10,660 bases of DNA from Nitrospirota bacterium. GTDB lineage: Bacteria; Nitrospirota; UBA9217. Below the pieces are notes generated by a model. It was not told the DNA's origin and did no database searches. It worked only from the letters and a program-made list of their open reading frames with translations. The translations under genes were made by a program, and so were the position numbers. Below, in pieces: positions 4,566-10,660 of the stretch (positions within the stretch are counted from its first letter, which is position 1; every line of letters begins with the position of its first letter). The stretch lies in the NCBI GenBank assembly GCA_963796285.1, contig CAWCKW010000004.1, positions 1 to 10,660 on the forward strand, in the 5' to 3' direction.

Positions 4566-6956
4566 TCAGGATTGCGCGTTCCTGTTCTCCGGGAGCGGCA
4601 GCTTGATCGTAAAAATGGCCCCTCCCGCTTCCCGTTTCCGCAGCTCGATCCTGCCTTTGTGGGCCTTGACGATCCTGTTCGTAATCGGCAGTCCCAGCCC
4701 CGTGCCCCGCGGTTTCGTCGTGTAGTAGGGGTTGAAAATATTTTGCATGACCTTGTCCGAGATACCGGGCCCCGTGTCCCCGATCTCGATCGCCGCCTCA
4801 TTCGTTTCAGGCACCGCATAGGTCCTGATGGTGAGCGCACCCCCGTTCTCCATGGCCTCCATGGCGTTCTTCAGTATGTTGATCAATCCCTGCTTGATCT
4901 TCTGCGTATCGATCATCAGGTGCGGCAGGGAAGGGGAGAGGTCCCTCTCGACATGGATACGCCGCTGGCCGAGCTCGTCCTCGTAGAGTGTCAGGATCTC
5001 CTCAAGGATATCGTTGAGGTTCCCTTCTTCGAGCTGCGGGGCGAGTTCCTTGATATAGGAAAGATTATCGTGGATGATCCCTTCGAGCCGCGCGACCTCG
5101 CCCAGGATGATGTCGATATATTTTTTGTCCTCGGTGTCCTGGAGCTTCTTCGCGAGACGCCTGGTGAAGCCGCCGATCGAGACGAGCGGGTTCCTGATCT
5201 CGTGGGTGATCTCGGCCATCATGGCGCCGAGGGCCGCCATCTTTTCCGACTGGGCGAGCTGCTTGTGCATGGCGCGCATGTCCCTGTTCATCGTCTCGAG
5301 GTTCGTATGGATGATGGCGTTCTCGATGGCGAGCGCGGCCTGGTGCGCGAACAGGTTGAGAAAACGGATGTCTACCTCGGTGATCGGCCGCTGGGTGAAC
5401 AGGTTGTCCACGAGGATCACGCCGATGACCCGGTCCTTTGCGATCAGCGGGACCGTTGCGAAGCTGTTCGCCTTGAGTGCGTCACGGAGCTCGCGGCTTA
5501 CGAGGGGGTCTTTGGCTGCATCGGTGATATTATACGGTTTTTTGTTCAACACCGTGAGCGCCAGCACTTCCCCGTTCTGCGAGAGCGGAATGCGGATGCC
5601 CTTCGCCAGCGTATTGAGCGATGACTCGCGATGCTCAAAAAGCGCGCCGGTCTGGATCCACTCCATGAGGCTTTTATGGGTGTTCGATACTTCGCTCCAG
5701 GCGCGGCCCGCCTCTTCCCAGCTTATCGGCCCGACGCCCATCATACCCTGGAGCGTATTGCTGCGTTCATTGGTCAGGAACAGGAGCGCCCGGTTGAAGC
5801 CGAGACCGCTCCCTCCCATGGTGGCCGCCGTCAGGATGATCCTGAGCAGGCGGTCGAGGTTCAGGGTGGTGCTCATGGCGGTGCCGATATCGTAGAGGAT
5901 GGTGAGCTCCTGAGCCCTGTCGCGCGCCTCGATGGCCAGGTCCTCCATGCGTTCATACACGGCTGCATTCTCGACCGCGACCGCGGCGCTGCTTGCGACA
6001 GTGGCCAGGAACTGGAGGTCATCTTCGGTGAAGGGCTGGCCTCCCTCCTTGTTGTAGAGCGTAATGACGCCGATCACCCTGTCCCGGAAAAGGAGCGGGA
6101 CGCTTACGATTGAGGCGGCAGCGACCCCGCAACCATCTGCAAGATCAGGGTCTCTCGCGGTGTCCTGGATCAGGAGCGGTTTTTTCCCCCAGGCGACCCG
6201 ATCCGCTACGATGCCGCCGAACCGCGTATCCATCTCCGAAACCGCGTCGCCCACGACGCTGTAGGAAGAGAAGGTTTTATGGTTCACGATCTCCGGCAAA
6301 TTCATGAGCCGGATGGTGCAGCCCTGGGCGCGGAGCGACTGCGTGCTGTTCTTGGCAATGAGCGCCAGAAGCGGATCGAGGTCAAGCGTGGAAGTGAGCG
6401 CCATGCCGATCTCGTAAATGGTGGCGAGTGCAGACAGGCGGTCCTGGATGTCCTGGAACATTTGCGCGTTCTTGATCACCCCGCTGATCTGATTGGCGGT
6501 GGTGGTGAGCAGCGTGATGTCCGATAATGTGGCACTCCAGACAGTGGAAGAGAGCGCGAACACCACGCCGAGGCACTGGTCCTGGTCCATGATCGGCGCT
6601 GCCACGAGGGACTTGAACTTTTGGATGCCCGATTCGGGGACATAGGCGAAGCGGGGGTCTGAAAAGGGGTCCTCGAGCGCAAGGGGAACTTTCTGCTCGG
6701 CCACCCAGCCGGCGATGCCCATCCCGATCGGGAAACTCAGCTTGCCGACGGCTTCCTGGTGCAGGCCGATCGCCGCGGTGAGCGTGACGGTCTTACCGGA
6801 GCGGTCGATCAGGAACACCGAGGCGCCGTCCTTTCCCATACCCAGCGCAATGACCTCGACGAAGCGATAGAGCTTCTCCGGGAGGCCGTCGGACGAGTTC
6901 GAGATCCGTCCGATCTCGCTCAGGATGCTCAGTTCTGTTTTTTCGGAGGTTTCCAT
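4566..6956 (-). CDS. Cytoplasmic sensor histidine kinase, GAF-GAF-GAF-HisKA-HATPase
   Basis: H-box AEITHEIRNPL, N-box NILKNAMEA, G1 DTGPGI, F/G2 FNPYYTTKPRGTGLGL. There are three GAF repeats ending LTTTANQISGVIKNA, LATVASSAAVAVENA and LNLFAHQAALAIENA. No obvious transmembrane segment. Confidence 0.93.
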   Translation of the reverse strand: METSEKTELSILSEIGRISNSSDGLPEKLYRFVEVIALGMGKDGASVFLIDRSGKTVTLTAAIGLHQEAVGKLSFPIGMGIAGWVAEQKVPLALEDPFSDPRFAYVPESGIQKFKSLVAAPIMDQDQCLGVVFALSSTVWSATLSDITLLTTTANQISGVIKNAQMFQDIQDRLSALATIYEIGMALTSTLDLDPLLALIAKNSTQSLRAQGCTIRLMNLPEIVNHKTFSSYSVVGDAVSEMDTRFGGIVADRVAWGKKPLLIQDTARDPDLADGCGVAAASIVSVPLLFRDRVIGVITLYNKEGGQPFTEDDLQFLATVASSAAVAVENAAVYERMEDLAIEARDRAQELTILYDIGTAMSTTLNLDRLLRIILTAATMGGSGLGFNRALLFLTNERSNTLQGMMGVGPISWEEAGRAWSEVSNTHKSLMEWIQTGALFEHRESSLNTLAKGIRIPLSQNGEVLALTVLNKKPYNITDAAKDPLVSRELRDALKANSFATVPLIAKDRVIGVILVDNLFTQRPITEVDIRFLNLFAHQAALAIENAIIHTNLETMNRDMRAMHKQLAQSEKMAALGAMMAEITHEIRNPLVSIGGFTRRLAKKLQDTEDKKYIDIILGEVARLEGIIHDNLSYIKELAPQLEEGNLNDILEEILTLYEDELGQRRIHVERDLSPSLPHLMIDTQKIKQGLINILKNAMEAMENGGALTIRTYAVPETNEAAIEIGDTGPGISDKVMQNIFNPYYTTKPRGTGLGLPITNRIVKAHKGRIELRKREAGGAIFTIKLPLPENRNAQS

Positions 6957-6969
6957 GGTGAATCCTTGG

Positions 6970-7054
6970 GGAGCCAGGAGTCAGTAGTCAGGAGACAGAA
7001 TAATTCGGCATCTGTCTTCTCCTGACTTCTGGCTTCTGACTCCTGTCTCCTGTC
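6970..7054. repeat. Inverted array of heptamer tandem repeats (GGAGTCA-like x4 / TGACTCC-like x5-6) forming a long hairpin
   Basis: Left arm GGAGCCA GGAGTCA GTAGTCA GGAGACA GA (6970-6999). Right arm TC TGTCTTC TCC TGACTTC TGGCTTC TGACTCC TGTCTCC TGTC (7011-7054). The loop is 11 nt. Confidence 0.85.
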
Positions 7055-8503
7055 TTACGTCTTCTTCCTCATCGCCTTCCGGTACACTTTCACATACTCC
7101 TCGGCCGAGCGCTCCCACGAGAAATCCTGTTTCATGCCGTTTCGCACCAGGCGGTTCCATTTGTTCCTGTTGCTGTACACCTCGAGCGCGCGGCGCAGGC
7201 AGTCGACGAGCGCCGTGGCGGAGTACTCATCGAACAGAAAGCCGGTCCCCTGACCTGTTTTTGGGTCATAGTCAGCGACCGTGTCACTGAGCCCTCCTGT
7301 TCTGCGGACGACCGGCACGGTGCCGTATCGCAGGGAGATCATCTGGCCGAGGCCGCAGGGCTCGTAGTGCGACGGCATGAGGAACATATCGCACCCTGCG
7401 TACACGTTCTTCGCGAACGAATCATCGTACCGGAGCAGGACGCGCATTTTCTTTGCATAGCGGTCGGCAGCATCGGACAAAATGCGGTGGTATTTTTCAT
7501 CTCCGGTCCCAAGGATAACGAGCCGCACGCCGAGGGACATGATCTCTGGAAGTGCCTCGGTCAAAATATCCAGCCCCTTCTGGTCCACAAGGCGCGTTAC
7601 CATGCCGATCAGCGGATCATCGGACCCCTGCATGCGGATCCGTGCACAAAGCGCTTTTTTGCAGAGGGTCTTGCCCGCAAGCCTCGCGGCGCTGTAGGTC
7701 TTCGGGAGGTCGTGGTCGCGTGCCGGGTCCCAGGTCTGGTAATCGATCCCGTTCACGATGCCGGTAAGGTCACTGGCCCGGTTCACGAGCACGCCTTCGA
7801 GACCATTACCGAATTCAAGGGTCTGGATCTCGCGGCTGTAGGTTTTGCTCACGGTCGTGATGAGGTCCGAATAAACGAGGCCGGCCTTGAGAAAATTGAT
7901 CTTGCCCCAGAACTCAATGCCCTCGGGCGTGAACACGTCCCATCCGAGACCGGTCAAACGCATGTCCCAGTGCCAGAAGAGTCCCTGATAACCGAGGTTG
8001 TGCACGGTGAAGACCGTTTTCGCGCGGTTCAGTGTTTCGGACCCGCGGTACAGTGTTTTCAGATAGAGCGGAACGAGCCCGGTCTGCCAGTCGTTGACGT
8101 GGATAATGTCCGGGCTGTATCCCAGGGCGCGGCAGAGCTCCAGGATGGAGCGCGAAAAAAAAATGAACCGCTCCGCATTGTCGGGATAATCGGCCTGTTC
8201 CGTCTGATAGAGTTCGGGCCGGTCGTAGTAGATGTCCTTCTTGATAAAATAGACAATGACATCACCACCCATCCTCCCCTCGAGGACATCGCAGCGCTCC
8301 AACCAGGTCCCGAGCGGGACCGGAAAGGTCGCGATGTGCGTGAGGTCCGATGCCTGCCGGGCCACCTGCCGGTAGTACGGCATGACCACACGCACCTCAT
8401 GGCCGAGCGAGGCGATTGCGGGAGGGAGGCTCCCGGCAACGTCCGCGAGCCCGCCGGTCTTTGCAAAGGGGACTGCTTCAGACGCAGCGAACAGAATTTT
8501 CAT
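7055..8503 (-). CDS. glgA: Glycogen synthase (GT5), 482 aa
   Basis: MKILFAASEAVPFAKTGGLADV (KTGGL ADP-glucose-binding motif), DNAERF, HVNDWQT, TVHNLGYQG, GIVNGID, RLVDQKG, EPCGLGQM, DFSW. Start at 8503 overlaps the galT TGA (ATGA). Confidence 0.96.
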   Translation of the reverse strand: MKILFAASEAVPFAKTGGLADVAGSLPPAIASLGHEVRVVMPYYRQVARQASDLTHIATFPVPLGTWLERCDVLEGRMGGDVIVYFIKKDIYYDRPELYQTEQADYPDNAERFIFFSRSILELCRALGYSPDIIHVNDWQTGLVPLYLKTLYRGSETLNRAKTVFTVHNLGYQGLFWHWDMRLTGLGWDVFTPEGIEFWGKINFLKAGLVYSDLITTVSKTYSREIQTLEFGNGLEGVLVNRASDLTGIVNGIDYQTWDPARDHDLPKTYSAARLAGKTLCKKALCARIRMQGSDDPLIGMVTRLVDQKGLDILTEALPEIMSLGVRLVILGTGDEKYHRILSDAADRYAKKMRVLLRYDDSFAKNVYAGCDMFLMPSHYEPCGLGQMISLRYGTVPVVRRTGGLSDTVADYDPKTGQGTGFLFDEYSATALVDCLRRALEVYSNRNKWNRLVRNGMKQDFSWERSAEEYVKVYRKAMRKKT

Positions 8504-9501
8504 ACTTTGATTTCCCGAAGGAACTTTGCCGCCTCCTCGGGCGGCGTGGGATTGATATAGAACCCCGATCCCCACTCGAAGCCCGCTACGTTCGTCAACT
8601 TGGGCATGAGTTCGATGTGCCAGTGGTAGTACTCGTTGCGTTCGTCCTTGAACGGAGAGGTGTGGATAATAAAGTTATACGGAGGGGTTGAGAGCGCACG
8701 ATCGATCCTGCGCAGGACGTTCTGCAGGAGGCCTGCCAGGTCCTTGAAGTCCTCGTTCGAGGAGGAGGTATAAGCGGAGAGGTGTGACTTGGGCATGATC
8801 CAGGTCTCGAAGGGGAAGCGGGACGCGAAGGGCGCAAGGGCGATGAAGAGCGGTGTTTCGAGCACCACGCGCGCGCCCGATTGTATCTCCTGACGAATGA
8901 TGTCGCAGAAGATGCAGCGCTCCTTGAGGTTGAAGTGGCGCTTGCACCCGTCGAGCTCTTCCTGAACCTGGATCGGCACGATCGGAAGCGCGATGAGCTG
9001 TGAATGCGTATGTTCGAGCGTTGCTCCGGCCGCGAGCCCTTCGTTCTTGAAGACGAGGGCATATTGGAAGCGGGTGTCCTGCTTCAGGTCTATCATGCGG
9101 TCCCGGAACGCCCACAGCACCTCCTCCATTGCCTGAAGCGGGAGGTTCGCGAGCGTTGCGTCGTGGTCCGGGCTCTCGATGATCACCTCGTGCGCTCCGA
9201 TGCCGTTCATCTTGTCGAATATGCCCTCTCCCTGCTTGTTCAGGTTGCCCTCGATCTGGAGCGCGGGGAACTTGTTCGGCACAGCCCGGAGCCGCCAGCC
9301 CGGACTGTTGGGCGTGGCCGCGCTTGCAGGGCGATAGGCCAGGACCTCGTTCGGCGTGGTGCGTTCGTTGCCCCCGCAGAAAGGGCAGAACCCGCCGCGT
9401 TTTGTACCGCGCTGGTCCTGGAAGTCCGCCGGCCGCTTGCCGCGCTCGGATGAGATGATGACCCAGCGGCCGGTGATCGGATCTTTTCGTAATTCTGGCA
9501 T
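8500..9501 (-). CDS. galT: GalT-family (HIT superfamily) hexose-1-phosphate nucleotidyltransferase
   Basis: MPELRKDPITGRWVII..ER.KRP, CPFC, NKFPAL, GAHEVIIESPDH, FKNEG..AGATLEHTHSQ (HxHxQ nucleophile motif), RCIFCD, PFETWI.P, YHWHIE and AGFEWGSG. SD AAGGAG at 9512-9507. Confidence 0.9.
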   Translation of the reverse strand: MPELRKDPITGRWVIISSERGKRPADFQDQRGTKRGGFCPFCGGNERTTPNEVLAYRPASAATPNSPGWRLRAVPNKFPALQIEGNLNKQGEGIFDKMNGIGAHEVIIESPDHDATLANLPLQAMEEVLWAFRDRMIDLKQDTRFQYALVFKNEGLAAGATLEHTHSQLIALPIVPIQVQEELDGCKRHFNLKERCIFCDIIRQEIQSGARVVLETPLFIALAPFASRFPFETWIMPKSHLSAYTSSSNEDFKDLAGLLQNVLRRIDRALSTPPYNFIIHTSPFKDERNEYYHWHIELMPKLTNVAGFEWGSGFYINPTPPEEAAKFLREIKV

Positions 9502-9568
9502 GTGTGCTCCTTATATTCTTGTTAACATCCTATTTTTTAGTAACTGCTCAGGACCCGAAACCTTATGC

Positions 9569-9663
9569 TCACACGAAGGCACGAAGAACACGACGGAGAA
9601 CACAGTATGAATCTGGCTTTTCGGAATTGAAGCCTTTCTTCGTGGCCTTGTGGCTTCGTGTGA
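9569..9663. repeat. Imperfect inverted repeat built from 8-9-nt tandem units (CACGAAG core)
   Basis: TCACACGAAGGCACGAAGAACACGACG (9569-9595) versus the reverse complement of 9638-9663, TCACACGAAGCCACAAGGCCACGAAG. The outer 10 bp match perfectly. An inner GGCTT/AAGCC stem lies at about 9615-9634. Confidence 0.75.
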
Positions 9664-9688
9664 AAATAACCTGATAAGTTACATTTTT

Positions 9689-9717
9689 ATTATAACCGCC
9701 TTGTTCCTTGTTGTCAA
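9689..9717 (-). promoter_or_regulatory. Perfect-consensus sigma70 promoter for the galT-glgA run
   Basis: Minus strand TTGACA (9717-9712), 17 nt, TATAAT (9694-9689). The predicted TSS is near 9682. Confidence 0.85.
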
Positions 9718-9740
9718 AATAACTCTTGCTGTGCTAAGAT
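9711..9740 (+). promoter_or_regulatory. Divergent sigma70 promoter for dciA, probably leaderless
   Basis: TTGTCA (9711-9716), 18 nt, TAAGAT (9735-9740), with an extended -10 TG at 9732-9733. ATG 9748 follows 7 nt later with no SD. Confidence 0.55.
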
Positions 9741-9747
9741 GAGCGCC

Positions 9748-10212
9748 ATGAAGAAAAAACTGGACAGGCTGTCGTACACCCTCGGCAGCATGCTGAAGGC
9801 CCGAGGCCTGGGGAGCCGCTTGAGCGAGTACCGTATTTTCGGCCAGTGGGAGAAGGCCGTCGGCCCGGTCATCGCGCGCCACGCCCAGCCGCAGGCAGTG
9901 CGGGGGAAGAAACTCACGCTCGTCGTGGACAGCCCGGCCTGGATGCAGCAGCTTTCCCTGCTCAAACCCGAGATCATGGAAAAAGTGAACAGCACCCTCG
10001 GGAAGAAAACAATCAACGACATCACGTTGAGAATCGGCGAGGTCGAGTCGCGGGCAGCACCTCCGGAAGAACCGCCTGTGCCAAGCGTTCTTAACCAGGA
10101 TGAGAGGGAAAAAATAGAGGATTATGTTCGCGAGATAAGCGACCCTGACACCCGAGAGGCGGTCAGGCGCGTGATCGAAAAGGATTTTTTAAGCCGTAAG
10201 CGGGGCAGGTGA
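9748..10212 (+). CDS. dciA: DciA / DUF721 family protein (replicative helicase loading factor)
   Basis: Family pattern W..AVG..IA.HAQP..VRG.KL.L.VDSPAWMQQL..LK..I..K.N..LG...I.DI..RIG, followed by a Pro-rich linker and a helical, basic tail. Alternative start at 9739. Confidence 0.85.
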   Translation: MKKKLDRLSYTLGSMLKARGLGSRLSEYRIFGQWEKAVGPVIARHAQPQAVRGKKLTLVVDSPAWMQQLSLLKPEIMEKVNSTLGKKTINDITLRIGEVESRAAPPEEPPVPSVLNQDEREKIEDYVREISDPDTREAVRRVIEKDFLSRKRGR

Positions 10213-10331
10213 CGCGGGTGAAGGGCAGGGTAGCGTTATCGCCCAGCCCCTCGTGGGCCACAGGTTGGAAATTCCATCGCGACTAGTTGCCTTACTTGTC
10301 ATCAAATGAGATTTGATCCCATTGGCGCCCC

Positions 10332-10660
10332 ATGACAATCATTGCAGTCTCAACTGAGAACCACATGGATATCATCGAATCGCTTGCCAGGGAAATTTGG
10401 ACCGAGCATTATATCCCGATCATCGGCGAGCAACAGGTTGGTTACATGCTGGCCAGGTATCAGTCCAAACAGGCCATCAAAGAGCAGATCGCTTCGGGTG
10501 TCCTCTATTTCCTGATAAAGGAAGGCCAATCATTCATCGGATACATCGCTGTTCAGCCAAGAGGGGATGAGCTGTTCTTGAGAAACATTTATCTGCAAGC
10601 CTCCCATCGCGCCAGGGGGATACGGCAAACAGGCCGTGCAGTACGTGGAAACGCTCGCGC
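10332..10660 (+). CDS. GNAT-family N-acetyltransferase, partial at the window end, with an apparent +1 frameshift at 10615-10619
   Basis: Manual translation MTIIAVSTENHMDIIESLAREIWTEHYIPIIGEQQVGYMLARYQSKQAIKEQIASGVLYFLIKEGQSFIGYIAVQPRGDELFLRNIYLQASHRARG. Removing one G continues it as YGKQAVQYVETLA and restores the R-x-x-G-x-G acetyl-CoA motif. Not in the ORF track. Confidence 0.8.
   Translation, partial: MTIIAVSTENHMDIIESLAREIWTEHYIPIIGEQQVGYMLARYQSKQAIKEQIASGVLYFLIKEGQSFIGYIAVQPRGDELFLRNIYLQASHRARGIRQTGRAVRGNAR

Noticed and set aside
4572-6113. Long plus-strand ORFs (350, 273 and 160 aa) opposite the kinase
   Set aside because: No recognisable motifs. Long antisense frames are expected from GC-rich codon bias.
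6970-7054. Repeat arrays (also 9569-9663) considered as CRISPR or IS ends
   Set aside because: The units are 7-9 nt with no spacers. No cas or transposase gene is present and no target-site duplication is evident.
7367-8560. 397-aa plus-strand ORF opposite glgA
   Set aside because: It is an antisense shadow of a well-conserved gene and has no SD or domain signature.
10222-10251. GC-rich imperfect hairpin after dciA (GGGCAGGG...CCCAGCCC)
   Set aside because: The stem is mismatched and there is no U-tract, so it is not supportable as a terminator.

Overview
Bacterial chromosomal segment with GC-rich coding regions and an AT-rich intergenic stretch at about 2200-2680. The gene content is suggestive of a Nitrospirota or deltaproteobacterial-type organism, which is an inference. 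At the left end is a divergent SOS-type module. A LexA-like repressor with a UmuD-type AGFPSPA cleavage region lies on the minus strand, runs off the window edge and is absent from the ORF track. It has an apparently leaderless promoter whose spacer holds a GTGAAC-N4-GTTCAC palindrome. Facing away from it are an SRAP/YedK abasic-site protein and a small internally duplicated Sm/Hfq-like protein. Next is an orphan minus-strand transcription unit: a sigma54 (-24/-12) promoter with an adjacent consensus IHF site, a small ORF and a strong terminator. The centre is a minus-strand gene run from a perfect sigma70 promoter: galT-like, glgA, a soluble triple-GAF histidine kinase (first GAF PtsP-like), a single-domain response regulator and rlmD (Fe-S motif degenerate). 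Two short-tandem-repeat inverted hairpins sit in its intergenic regions. The right end has a divergent dciA (DUF721) gene and a partial GNAT acetyltransferase with an apparent +1 frameshift.
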